Source: Deltaproteobacteria bacterium (GTDB taxonomy: Bacteria; JAGRBM01; JAHCIT01). Taken from it: a stretch of DNA of 64,000 bases. The stretch lies in the NCBI GenBank assembly GCA_026129095.1, contig JAHCIT010000005.1:124001-188000 (forward strand), in the 5' to 3' direction. A model generated the notes under the pieces. The model did not search any database and was not told where the DNA came from. It saw only the letters and a list, made by a program, of their open reading frames with translations. A program made the translations under genes and the position numbers. Of this stretch, positions 12,150 to 21,863 are shown piece by piece; positions within the stretch are counted from its first letter, which is position 1, and each line of letters starts with the position of its first letter.

Positions 12150-12184
12150 AATGAAAACCGGCCACCCTGAAGTGGCCGGTTTCC
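12150..12184 (-). terminator. Rho-independent terminator of the Rieske/cytochrome b operon
   Basis: 11-bp stem aaaccggccac/gtggccggttt followed by a U-rich run on the minus strand, ~30 nt after the cytochrome c stop. Confidence 0.8.
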
Positions 12185-12211
12185 GGGCTTTGGACGGGAT
12201 TTTACGAAGCC

Positions 12212-15200
12212 CTAGAACCCGAACCCGTCGTCTCCGCCTTCATCGCCGCCTGCCTCACCGGACGGACCGTAGGAGGGTTCCTGGCCGGGAATACCCGTAA
12301 CCGGCTGATAGGCAGCTGGCGGAAGCTGCCCGGCGCGGGCGGCGGCCAGGTTCGCATTGAATGTCGAACCGACGGCGCCCTTGACCTGGGCCTCGCGCCC
12401 GTAGACCAGCAGCCAGTCGGAAACACCCTTTATTTCCTTCCAGTTCTGGATGATCTGCTCGGCTTCATCCGGGCTGGCCCTGGCCGGGTCATAGATGGTG
12501 AGTCCGTCCTCAGTCTGGGGGAACGACCAGAACGAGGGCATCACGATACCCGGGTACATGTGCATCGGGTTCCGGGCGAACCGCTGGACCCAGTCGGGCT
12601 TGAGTTTCTCCCAGGCGATCCGGAGGTCGGGAGCGAGCTGTCCCACCTGCCCCTTCACGATCTTGGGATTGACCTGGTGGCAGCTCGTGCAGGCGTTCCG
12701 CTCGAACACCTGCTTGCCGAGCGCCACGCTCGCCGGATCGAGCGGGCCCACTTCGGTTGGCGTCAGGTTGGCCAGATCGCCTGCAACACCGCTGAAATAG
12801 TTGACCACCTTGAAGTGCTCGCCCTCCTGCCAGCCGAACGTCGGCATCCGGATCTCCAGCCACGGGCGGACTTCAAACGGATTCAGCAGGAACCTGGTCA
12901 GCCAGTCCGCCTGGACCTTGGCGCCGAGGAAGGTGAGGTCCGGCGGGCCGAGCCGCTGGTTATCCTCATAGTACCCCAGCACACGGCCGCCACGGCGGTC
13001 CACGATATGACAGGCCTTGCAGTTGTAATACTCGACCAGCCGCTGGCCCTCGTCGATCGCCTGCTGCCGGGCCGTGCCGCCGGCCTGCCACTGACCGGTG
13101 ACCCGGATATTGGTGAAACCCTTGACCAGCACCATCAGGCGGTGGGCCTGATCGTCCGTAAATCCGTGCTCGCCAGTCTCCGGGTTGTAGCCGAACTGCG
13201 GCATCTTCTGGAGGTTCCGCTCGTCACGGTAACCACGGGGGTTCTGGACCTTCCCGAGGAACCAGGATTCCCAAGTCCGCTCGACCTGGGTCGCCGGTCC
13301 GAACGCCAGCTCGTGCGCGCCCTTGAGCGCAAACTCGGTCAGTTCCGGCGCGACCTTCTGCTCGTTCTCGAAACCCTTGATCGTGTGGCAGCCGAAGCAG
13401 CCGTAATTCCGGACGATCCACTCGCCCTTGGCGATCATCTCCTCGTTCGACAGCGCCTCGGCAAGGCCGTCCACTGCCGGGAACTCCATCTCGCGCTTGC
13501 CCATCAGGAACGTGGTGAGATCCCGGGCCTCGTCGTCGGAAAGCCGCAGCGACGGCATGGCCGTTTCGTGCGAATAGCCTGACGGGTTCTTGAGCCAGTG
13601 ATAGAGCCACTTGGCGTTGACCTTGCTCCCGACCGTGTAGAGGTTCGGCGCGCTGTCAAACTCCTTGTAGAAGGGGCTGTCCCGATCGTAGTACCCGGCC
13701 GGGCGCGCATTGGCGAAGTCGGAGGTCGCCACATGGCAGGCCTTGCAGCCAATGGAATCAAACAGCTTCTCGCCCTTGCCCGCACTGCCAGCCGTGAACC
13801 ATGACTCTGCGCGATTGTCGCTGTTTTTGGCCGGGTAGGCATCGTCAGCCTGGCTCCAGATGAACGCCACCAGCGACTTGATCTCGTACTCGCGCTGTTC
13901 CTCGTAATCAGGCGATGCGGGATCGGCGCCGTAATCCTGGAAGTAGGGCATCCGCGTCTTGGGCAGGATCTTGTGGGGATCCTTGATCCAGGCATACAGC
14001 CATTCGGGCGTCGTCTTGGCCTGAATACGGGTCAGGCTCGGCCCCGGCTTGTGGCCCAGTTCATCAAGAACCTCGAACCCCTTCGCCTGGTGGCAACCCC
14101 AGCAGCCCAGCTTCTCGAACGACTCGCGTCCGTTGTTCAGCTCCTGGGCGTAATCAATGTATTTCTGGTACGGAATGCCGGTCCATGGATCGGGCGCACG
14201 GCTGGCGACCTGGAGCTCGGTCTTGTGGCACTTGACACACGACGACTGGACCATCGTCGGGTCATAGTGGGAATCGTAGTGGTACCCGTCAGGCAGCCGC
14301 TTGCGGCCAAGCAGCGGCCAGTCCCAGTAGTGAATCGTGCCATGAGCCTCGTCCACCGGCTCCAGAGCATAACCCTGTCCCTGGTGGCAGGAGGTGCAGC
14401 CGAACTGCTCGGGCGGATGATCACCGAAGATCGCTTCCATGTGCGGGTGCGACCGGAAGAGTTTCTTCTCTTCCTTCTCCCAGCCCAGCTTGTCAATGGC
14501 GTAGTGGCAGGTCGAGCACCGGTCCACGGCATACTGCTGCTCGTTAAACTCGTTGAGCCGCGTCCCGCGGATTACGTACTGGACGACGTCGTCATCGCCG
14601 AAGAACCACCAGAAGACCCCCTTCGAACGGCGGTGAATGCGGTCGTAACGCGACTGGACCTCGCCGATCCGGTCGCTCACGCGAACATGCATCTGCTGCC
14701 ACTTGTCCACATCAGACATGATTTCGGCACGCTCGGCAGCGAGCTTTTCAAGCTCGGCGCGGATGCCCCGCAGGATGCCGCCCGTCCGCTCAATCGCAGC
14801 GGCGATCTCGTCCAGACGCTTGCGGGCATGCTCAAGGCCCTTGGCGTCACCCAGATCAAGAGCGTGCGTGAAGTGGTACCACCATTCCAGATCCTCGGAC
14901 TTGGCGTTCTGGAACTCGATATTGGCCAGATACTCCCGGCGCTGGGTCGCCGTAATGCTGCTTTCGATCTTCGAGAGACGGCTGCGATCGACCTTGGCCC
15001 ATGCGGCGGCCAGTTCCTTCTCGATTTCGGCGAGCGGCGGGAACTGCCTGGCCTTTTCGATCTCTTCCTCGGGCCAGCTTTCGGGGAACTCGCCGTGGAT
15101 CAGGGCCTTGCGGGTTTCTTCCAGTTCCCTGGCCGCGCGGTCCAGTTCGAGCGTCTTGAACTCGCGCTGGTAGACCTTCCAGTCCCGGCGCAGGACGAAC

Positions 15201-15295
15201 TCGTCCAGCAGCGACCACGATGCGATCAGCAGCATCAGCACCGACAACGCGAAGAACGGTACTTTCAGCGACTCTTGTTCAACCGGCTTTGCCAC
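12212..15295 (-). CDS. Membrane-anchored octaheme c-type cytochrome, subunit of a Rieske/cytochrome b complex
   Basis: Eight CxxCH motifs (CSTCH, CTSCH, CVKCH, CWGCH, CKACH, CFGCH, CKACH, CTSCH), N-terminal TM helix, coiled-coil-like stalk. Confidence 0.9.
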   Translation of the reverse strand: MAKPVEQESLKVPFFALSVLMLLIASWSLLDEFVLRRDWKVYQREFKTLELDRAARELEETRKALIHGEFPESWPEEEIEKARQFPPLAEIEKELAAAWAKVDRSRLSKIESSITATQRREYLANIEFQNAKSEDLEWWYHFTHALDLGDAKGLEHARKRLDEIAAAIERTGGILRGIRAELEKLAAERAEIMSDVDKWQQMHVRVSDRIGEVQSRYDRIHRRSKGVFWWFFGDDDVVQYVIRGTRLNEFNEQQYAVDRCSTCHYAIDKLGWEKEEKKLFRSHPHMEAIFGDHPPEQFGCTSCHQGQGYALEPVDEAHGTIHYWDWPLLGRKRLPDGYHYDSHYDPTMVQSSCVKCHKTELQVASRAPDPWTGIPYQKYIDYAQELNNGRESFEKLGCWGCHQAKGFEVLDELGHKPGPSLTRIQAKTTPEWLYAWIKDPHKILPKTRMPYFQDYGADPASPDYEEQREYEIKSLVAFIWSQADDAYPAKNSDNRAESWFTAGSAGKGEKLFDSIGCKACHVATSDFANARPAGYYDRDSPFYKEFDSAPNLYTVGSKVNAKWLYHWLKNPSGYSHETAMPSLRLSDDEARDLTTFLMGKREMEFPAVDGLAEALSNEEMIAKGEWIVRNYGCFGCHTIKGFENEQKVAPELTEFALKGAHELAFGPATQVERTWESWFLGKVQNPRGYRDERNLQKMPQFGYNPETGEHGFTDDQAHRLMVLVKGFTNIRVTGQWQAGGTARQQAIDEGQRLVEYYNCKACHIVDRRGGRVLGYYEDNQRLGPPDLTFLGAKVQADWLTRFLLNPFEVRPWLEIRMPTFGWQEGEHFKVVNYFSGVAGDLANLTPTEVGPLDPASVALGKQVFERNACTSCHQVNPKIVKGQVGQLAPDLRIAWEKLKPDWVQRFARNPMHMYPGIVMPSFWSFPQTEDGLTIYDPARASPDEAEQIIQNWKEIKGVSDWLLVYGREAQVKGAVGSTFNANLAAARAGQLPPAAYQPVTGIPGQEPSYGPSGEAGGDEGGDDGFGF

Positions 15296-15355
15296 AGGCG
15301 TTTTGCTCCCCGTTCCGAAATCAGTCTCTCAACGGCGTCCTGCCACGTCTCCGGC

Positions 15356-16321
15356 TCAGACGTTGAACCAGGGTGTCACCCAGATGTATTTCACATGCAG
15401 CGTCCACCGCATCACCATCTTGAGCGGCAGCAGCATCATCGTCAGGAAGAAGAAGGCGGTTACGCCGTACCTCGCGACCCCCATCTTCTGCAGCGTGGGC
15501 GACTTGTCCTTGTAAAGCTGCCAGTACGCCACACCGGTCGCATAGAAGGCCGCGAGGAACAGGGCGCCAACGAGATCAACCCCCATTACCTTGATGTGAG
15601 GCGAGATACTCTTGATGAATCCGAGATCCACCAGGTTCACGTTCGTCAGTGCCACGACCTTGTGCGAATCCCACGGCTCCCATGGCAGGAAGAAGTTCCA
15701 GCCGGGGCCCCGGAGGAACACGCCGATGATGATGAGCGCGATCCACAGCACCACGTATCCGAACAGGAAGGTGTTGATGGCGAACTTCCGTTCCTCGTAA
15801 CAGTAGTAACCGTTACCCTTCGGGTTCACATCGACGTACGGAAGCACCATCAGCCCGGCGATGATGAAACCGGGGAAGATCACGCCCGCAAGCCACGGAT
15901 CGAAGTAGACGAGCATCTCCTGCAGGCCGAGGAAATACCAGGGCGCTTTCGACGGATTCGGCGTCTTGCTGGGGTTGGCAGGCTCTTCCAGCGGCGCATC
16001 CACCACCAGCGACCACAGCATCAGGATGACCAGCGTTGCCAGCGTCGCGATGAACTCCGCCCGGACCAGATAGGGCCACACATAGATGCGGTCCTTGGCC
16101 ATCTGGCGCGACAGTTCCTCGTCATCAACCACATACACGTTCTGTGCGGGGGGCGTCTGCGACTCCACCGGGCGAAGGGTGCCGGGCTCGGCGGCCAGCG
16201 GAGTCACGGGCCGTGCGGCGATCGCCGCACGGGCGCGCATGGCGCGGGCACGGGCGGCGGCCTTGGCCGCTTCCAGGTCCATCTCGGCCCCTTTGGGCTT
16301 GCTGTCTTTTTCGTCTGCCAT
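15356..16321 (-). CDS. Cytochrome b6 subunit IV-like protein (PetD-like)
   Basis: APLEEPANPSKTPNPSKAPWYFLGLQE (PEWY-equivalent region), LPYVD, several TM helices. Confidence 0.88.
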   Translation of the reverse strand: MADEKDSKPKGAEMDLEAAKAAARARAMRARAAIAARPVTPLAAEPGTLRPVESQTPPAQNVYVVDDEELSRQMAKDRIYVWPYLVRAEFIATLATLVILMLWSLVVDAPLEEPANPSKTPNPSKAPWYFLGLQEMLVYFDPWLAGVIFPGFIIAGLMVLPYVDVNPKGNGYYCYEERKFAINTFLFGYVVLWIALIIIGVFLRGPGWNFFLPWEPWDSHKVVALTNVNLVDLGFIKSISPHIKVMGVDLVGALFLAAFYATGVAYWQLYKDKSPTLQKMGVARYGVTAFFFLTMMLLPLKMVMRWTLHVKYIWVTPWFNV

Positions 16322-16381
16322 CGTCCCTGTTTCCTTGTGATCCCGCCCGTCCGGGGATCTCCCGTCTGGACCGCCCTGCGA

Positions 16382-17224
16382 TCAGAGCGGACCCGAGATG
16401 CCCCCGTCCTTCCGGATCCGCCAGAAGTGAAGGATCATGAGAAGCGCTGCCGCGATGGGAACCACCAGGCAGTGCAGGATGTAGAACCGGAGCAGTGTCG
16501 CCGGCGCCACGATCGTGCCGCCCAGCATGACCGTGGCGGCGTCATAGCGGCTCCCAATGCCAAGCTGCTCGGCGAACGGGCCCGCCTGTCCGAGCAGCGG
16601 CGTCGCCCGGGCCATGTTCGAGGCCACGGTGATGGCCCAGATGGCGAGCTGGTCCCACGGAAGCAGGTATCCGGTGAACGACAGGAGGAGTGTGAAGGTG
16701 ATCAGCAGCACGCCGACAATCCAGTTGAACTCGCGCGGCGGCTTGTAGGAACCGGTCATGAAGACACGGAACATGTGAAGCATGACCGTAATGACCATCG
16801 CGTGCGCGCCCCATCGGTGCATGTTCCGGACGACGGCGCCGAACGGGACGTCGTGCATCAGGTATTTCATGTCGATGTAGGCGTATTCGCCGGTCGGGCG
16901 GTAGTAAAACATCAGCACCACACCGGTGATCGTCAGGACGAGGAACAGCAGGAATGTGATCCCGCCCATGCACCAGGTGAACTTCACGCGCACGGCATGA
17001 CGGCGCATCTTCGGCGGATGCAGGTGCAGCCACACGTTGCCCAGGATCATGAGCTGGCGGTTACGGCCGGTATCGGCGTAACCGTGCCGGAACGCGCTCT
17101 TCCAGACCTGGGAGTTGAACACCTCGTCCGCGGCCTTCGCGGCCCCTGACCGTGTATCAGGCGCCAGCGGCTTCGGCGTGTCGCCCGCCTCCGGCTTGCC
17201 CTGCTCGTTCTTTTCTTCTGCCAC
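16382..17224 (-). CDS. Cytochrome b6-type subunit (PetB/QcrB-like)
   Basis: WCMGGITF, HRWGAH...LHMFRVF, GYLLPWDQ, C-terminal GISGPL; 14 residues between the last two heme His. Confidence 0.94.
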   Translation of the reverse strand: MAEEKNEQGKPEAGDTPKPLAPDTRSGAAKAADEVFNSQVWKSAFRHGYADTGRNRQLMILGNVWLHLHPPKMRRHAVRVKFTWCMGGITFLLFLVLTITGVVLMFYYRPTGEYAYIDMKYLMHDVPFGAVVRNMHRWGAHAMVITVMLHMFRVFMTGSYKPPREFNWIVGVLLITFTLLLSFTGYLLPWDQLAIWAITVASNMARATPLLGQAGPFAEQLGIGSRYDAATVMLGGTIVAPATLLRFYILHCLVVPIAAALLMILHFWRIRKDGGISGPL

Positions 17225-17284
17225 TTCTGCTCTCTCCCGAAACGCTCGAAAATTCCGATACCTGATGCCGCCAGCTTCCGGCCG

Positions 17285-17983
17285 TCAGGCTATGAACACC
17301 GATCCCGGCTTGCCCCACTCGCCCTTTTCCCACCGGTAAATGATGCTCTTGTCGATGAGGAGCCGTCCGTCTTCGGCCTTCTGGATCCGGTACCGCTCCA
17401 GCGGGCGCGGTGCCGGTCCCTCGAAGTGGATCCCCTCGCGGGTAAATCCGGACCCGTGACACGGGCACTTGAACTTGTCCTCGGCCGCCAGCCACCGGGG
17501 TGTGCAGCCCAGATGGGTGCAGATGGTCGAAATCGCCACGATCCCTTCATCCAGATGTGCAATCCAGACCTTCTGGTCGCCCTGGTATTTCGTGGAGATG
17601 GTCCCCTTCGGGTACTCCTCCGGATAGCCGGCCTTGAAGGTCTTGACCGGCTCGAAGAGAACACGCGGGAACAGGAAGCGGTGGATGGCCGCGATGCTGA
17701 TCTGGAGCACGCCGCCGATGGCGCCCCAGCCCATCAGGTTCAGCAGGTTGCGCTTGGTGAGCGCCAGCCCCCAGATGTGGTTTTCGGTCAGCTTGTCGGG
17801 CGGGAGGCCCACGACCACTTCCGGCTTGGGCTTGCGGGTCGGGACCGGGCCGGCGGGAGCCGCCGGTGCGGTGGCCTTGGGGGCCGGCTTGGGCGCCTCG
17901 GCTTTGGCAGCCTTGGGCTTGGGCCCTTCGGTCCGGAGCTTATTGAACTTTTCGAGGAGTTCTTTCTTTCGTGCGTCGTCCAT
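17285..17983 (-). CDS. Rieske 2Fe-2S subunit (PetC/QcrA-like)
   Basis: CTHLGC and CPCHGS boxes, GPAPRPL, Tat-like TKRNLL followed by a TM helix. Confidence 0.94.
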   Translation of the reverse strand: MDDARKKELLEKFNKLRTEGPKPKAAKAEAPKPAPKATAPAAPAGPVPTRKPKPEVVVGLPPDKLTENHIWGLALTKRNLLNLMGWGAIGGVLQISIAAIHRFLFPRVLFEPVKTFKAGYPEEYPKGTISTKYQGDQKVWIAHLDEGIVAISTICTHLGCTPRWLAAEDKFKCPCHGSGFTREGIHFEGPAPRPLERYRIQKAEDGRLLIDKSIIYRWEKGEWGKPGSVFIA

Positions 17984-18376
17984 CGGCGAACTGAGGCTCC
18001 CCCATCGTTTTCACGCCTGAAAATCCCAAGTCCCGCTGCGCCACCAAAGGAAACGGCGTTGCTCCGGACCGGACGGCCTGAAACCGACCATTTTCGGCCT
18101 CCCCCGAACCCGGCCTTTCCGGCCCAATTCACGGGAGTTTCCGGTGCCTTACCGGATAACCTGCAGAGCGCTCCGGTGCTGGCACGGGCTACGTTCTAGC
18201 CACAAACGGGCAACCTAGCCAAGTGCCCCCCAACAAAAATCGTATACAGTCCACAGTCGACACCGGCTGTCCTCTCGCAGGGGATGCGGGGTGCCTATTG
18301 GAAAATCCCGGCACGCGAGAAATTTCCCCTGGTTTCCCCTCGCACCGGGGCCTGTTCCGGCTAGGCTGCCGGTCCC

Positions 18377-19354
18377 ATGGTGCTTTCAGTTTTTGCGGTT
18401 GTATCGGGACTGGCAATTCTTGGATGGAGCGCAGGGCTCTTTGTGGACGGGGCCTCCCTGACAGCCCGTTATCTTGGGATGCCGCCTCTGCTGATCGGCA
18501 TGGTCATTGTCGGCTTTGGCACTTCCGCTCCGGAGATGCTGGTGTCGGCCCTGTCGGCGATCCAGGGAAGCCCCGGAATTGCACTCGGAAATGCCTACGG
18601 CTCCAACATAGTCAACATCGCCCTGATACTGGGAGTGACGGCCCTCGTAGCCCCTGTTGCCGTACACTCCCGCATCCTGCGTTCGGAACTCCCGGTCCTT
18701 GCCGCCGTAACGGCACTGGCTGCCTGGCAGCTCCATGACCGGGAACTTTCCCGGACAGACGCAGGGGTGCTTCTCGCCGTGTTCGGAGTACTGGTGGTGT
18801 GGAGCGTTCTGCAAGCCCTCCGGCACCGGTCCGATTCGCTCGGCAGCGAAATGGAAGGAGAACTGGAGGCCCGTCCTCTGGGGCCCGGTCCGGCGATCCT
18901 CAGGCTTGTGGCGGGACTGGCACTTCTTATCGCCAGTTGCCGGCTTCTGGTCTGGGGGGCCGTGGAAATCGCCAGAACCCTTGGCCTGAGCGATCTGGTG
19001 ATCGGACTGACTATCGTGGCCATCGGAACGTCACTACCGGAACTCGCTTCTTCCATCGCTGCCATCCGGAAGAACGAGCCGGATATCGCCTTCGGGAATG
19101 TCCTGGGTTCCAACCTGTTCAATACCCTGGCGGTCGCGGGAATCGCCGGCGTGATCCAGCCCGGCGCGATAAGCCCGGATCTATATGAACGGGACATCCT
19201 GACCATGGGAGCCCTCACGATATCCCTGTTCCTGTTTGGCTACGGTTTCCGGGGGCCGGGCCGCATCAACCGGTTTGAAGGCGGCGCCCTTCTGGGCGCC
19301 TACATCGCCTATACGGCCTGGCTTCTCCACGGCGTCATCGAACAGCTGAAATAG
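18377..19354 (+). CDS. Ca2+/Na+ antiporter (YrbG family)
   Basis: Two alpha repeats, GTSAPE...GSNIVN and GTSLPE...GSNLFN. Confidence 0.93.
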   Translation: MVLSVFAVVSGLAILGWSAGLFVDGASLTARYLGMPPLLIGMVIVGFGTSAPEMLVSALSAIQGSPGIALGNAYGSNIVNIALILGVTALVAPVAVHSRILRSELPVLAAVTALAAWQLHDRELSRTDAGVLLAVFGVLVVWSVLQALRHRSDSLGSEMEGELEARPLGPGPAILRLVAGLALLIASCRLLVWGAVEIARTLGLSDLVIGLTIVAIGTSLPELASSIAAIRKNEPDIAFGNVLGSNLFNTLAVAGIAGVIQPGAISPDLYERDILTMGALTISLFLFGYGFRGPGRINRFEGGALLGAYIAYTAWLLHGVIEQLK

Positions 19355-19362
19355 CCGGGCGG

Positions 19363-20403
19363 TCACGGATGCGATGGCCGGGAGCACTCCGCCACCAGCC
19401 CCGAAATCCCGGCGTCGGGACTGACGGCCGGCTGCCAGCCAACCGCTTCACGAAGCCTGGCGGAGTCGGTCACGTAAACCCGCTGGTCGAACATCCGTGG
19501 AGGATGAAACTCCAGATTCGCGGCGGGCGCTGCATCCAGTGACGGGTGGTTCACCACGTCCAGGAACGAGCGGGCGAAACCGGGGCCACCGCCGGCATTC
19601 CAGATGCCGCCCGGAACATCACGGGTCACCAGCAGCTCCACCAGGGCGCAGGCATCGTCCACATGCAGCAAGTCCCGCACCTGCCGGCCGTCACCAAACA
19701 CGCGGACCGGACGGCCTCCCGACCGGGACCGGACGACATGACTCACCCACCCCTGATCCTCCACGCCTGACTGGCCGGGCCCGTAAATGCACGAGCAGCG
19801 GAGCACATGGCCCCTGAAACCGTGACGCCGCGATCCGTCCAGAACGTATCCCTCCGCCGCCCGTTTCGAGCAGCCGTAGGGCGTGAGGCCTGAATCGGCC
19901 ACCGGGAACAGTTCCGAAATTCCCTGCTCCCACCGGCCCGTGAGCCCCAGACGGCCACCTGGCAGTTCGGCGACAAACCGGTTCACCGCATCGCCATAAA
20001 CCTTGTTGGACGAAAACAGCACCAATGGACCCCGGTCGTCCCGTCCGGCCAGCGCCTCAATGAGAGCGACCGTCCCGATCACGTTGTTCCGGGCGTCTTC
20101 AACCGGGTCCGCCAGGCTGGCGCCGATCCCCACCTGTCCGGCACAGTGAATCGTGGCGGAAACGGCTGGAAGCCCCGCGAGCAGCCGGGCCGCATCGCAC
20201 ACATCTCCATCCACGACCCGGATTCCCTCCACCCGGTCCAGCCCGCGCCAGCGGCCGGGGTCCGGTGCGCCCGGCCTCCCATCCCCCAGAAGGCGTGCGC
20301 GCGAGTGGTTGTCGATCAGCGTCACCCGGGCGCCGCGGGCGATGAACCGCCGGGCCAGGTTCGACCCGATGAAGCCCGCACCGCCGGTAATCAGAACGTG
20401 CAT
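19363..20403 (-). CDS. NAD-dependent epimerase/dehydratase (CDP-paratose 2-epimerase-like)
   Basis: GGAGFIG, SSNKVYG, YGCSK, EDQGWV, QVRDLL. Confidence 0.87.
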   Translation of the reverse strand: MHVLITGGAGFIGSNLARRFIARGARVTLIDNHSRARLLGDGRPGAPDPGRWRGLDRVEGIRVVDGDVCDAARLLAGLPAVSATIHCAGQVGIGASLADPVEDARNNVIGTVALIEALAGRDDRGPLVLFSSNKVYGDAVNRFVAELPGGRLGLTGRWEQGISELFPVADSGLTPYGCSKRAAEGYVLDGSRRHGFRGHVLRCSCIYGPGQSGVEDQGWVSHVVRSRSGGRPVRVFGDGRQVRDLLHVDDACALVELLVTRDVPGGIWNAGGGPGFARSFLDVVNHPSLDAAPAANLEFHPPRMFDQRVYVTDSARLREAVGWQPAVSPDAGISGLVAECSRPSHP

Positions 20404-20474
20404 GCCGCTCCCGTCAGAAAAGCCGTTTCCGGTATACTATCCTGCCGCCTGAACATTCCAAACGGAGGCTATGT

Positions 20475-21197
20475 CTGCCCTCGCCAACTGCCCATATCCA
20501 TTGTCTCGCACCTGTGTTCAACGAGGAGTGCGCCGTCGCACGGTTTATCGAAACCACGGCCGCCGCGCTCTCGGCCACCGGACACCCGTTCTCGATCGTC
20601 CTGCTGGACGATGGCTCCACGGATTCGACTGTCAGGCAGGCGCAGGCCCTTTCCGGCCAGTACCCGGTACGGGTGCTGGAGTTCCCGCATCGCGGAATCG
20701 GCGCCATCCTGCGTGAACTCATCCGGTTCGCCCGGACGGCCGCTCCGGACGACCGGATCGTGTTTACCGAAGGAGACGGCACCTGCGACCCTTCCTTTAT
20801 TGCCGCCGCCCTGCCACTGATTGACGGTGGCGCGGATATCGTGGCCGGAAGCCGGTACCTGCCCGGCTCGCAGGTGACCGGGTTCCCTCTCCGGCGGCGG
20901 CTGCAAAGCGCCGCCGTCAACCGCCTGTGCGCCTGGCGGGCGGACACGGCGGGCGTGTCTGATTATTCGCTTTTCGCCCGCGTCTACCGGGCAGGGATGC
21001 TTGCGTCGGTGGATGAAAAGGCGCTCACGACGGATGGCTTCGAAACGAACGCAGAACTGCTGATGGTGATGCTCTCCGGCGGGGCCGCCGCCGCTGAAGT
21101 GCCGGTCAGCTACCGGTATGATCTGAAAGAGGGGCCAAGCAAGCTGCCGACGGCAAGAACCATCGCCGGGTACCTGAAGCTGCTCCGGCGGAAATAG
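20475..21197 (+). CDS. Glycosyltransferase family 2 (polyprenol-phosphate glycosyltransferase-like); start uncertain
   Basis: APVFNEE, LDDGSTDST, DIVAGSRY, EVPVSY; the frame is open upstream of GTG 20514. Confidence 0.82.
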   Translation: MPSPTAHIHCLAPVFNEECAVARFIETTAAALSATGHPFSIVLLDDGSTDSTVRQAQALSGQYPVRVLEFPHRGIGAILRELIRFARTAAPDDRIVFTEGDGTCDPSFIAAALPLIDGGADIVAGSRYLPGSQVTGFPLRRRLQSAAVNRLCAWRADTAGVSDYSLFARVYRAGMLASVDEKALTTDGFETNAELLMVMLSGGAAAAEVPVSYRYDLKEGPSKLPTARTIAGYLKLLRRK

Positions 21198-21207
21198 CCC
21201 GCCTGAG

Positions 21208-21858
21208 CTACTCCGCAGCGGGTGTTTTTGCCGGCTTCTGTTCCGCCTTCGCACCCGCATCGGCCGCAGGTTTTGGTTTCGCCTTGGCCTTGGCTTTCGC
21301 ATCCGGCTTGCCGGGCAGCGGGGCCACGATCATGAACAGGTTGCGGCCTTCCATCTTCGCCTGATGCTCGACGGTGGCGGTCTCCTTCAGATCTTCAATC
21401 ATGCGCTGGATCAGGCGGTGGCCGAACTCCGGATGCTGCATCTCGCGGCCGCTGAACATGATCGTCACCTTGACCTTGTTCCGTTCCTCAATGAACCGGC
21501 GCGCATTGCCCAGCTTCACCTGATAGTCATGATCGGCGATCTTGGGGCGGAGCTTGACCTCTTTGATCTCGACGTGATGCTGGTGCATCTTCGCTTCGTG
21601 CTGCTTCTTCTTCTGAAGATATTTGAACTTCCCATAGTCCATGATCTTGCAGACGGGCGGCTGCGCGGTGGGTGAAACCTCGACCAGATCCAGCCCCTTT
21701 TCACGGGCGAGGGCCAGCGCCTCGCGCGGCGACATGAGGCCAAGCGGCTCGCCGGCTTCGCCGACGACGCGGATCTCCGGGATCCGGATCTGTTCGTTCT
21801 TGCGGGGTTCGTCCGAGTTGGGGCGCACAACCCGGCCTCGAAAATCACGTGGAAGGAT
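21208..21858 (-). CDS. infC: Translation initiation factor IF-3, probable AUC start at 21858
   Basis: NEQIR...LDLVEVSP...CKIMDYGKFKY...KEVKLRP; in-frame ATC 7 nt after GGAGGT. Confidence 0.95.
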   Translation of the reverse strand: MLPRDFRGRVVRPNSDEPRKNEQIRIPEIRVVGEAGEPLGLMSPREALALAREKGLDLVEVSPTAQPPVCKIMDYGKFKYLQKKKQHEAKMHQHHVEIKEVKLRPKIADHDYQVKLGNARRFIEERNKVKVTIMFSGREMQHPEFGHRLIQRMIEDLKETATVEHQAKMEGRNLFMIVAPLPGKPDAKAKAKAKPKPAADAGAKAEQKPAKTPAAE

Positions 21859-21863
21859 AGGAA

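Noticed and set aside
13973-17149. 1058-aa plus-strand ORF
   Set aside because: Antisense shadow of the cytochrome operon, expected from high-GC codon bias; no recognisable motifs.
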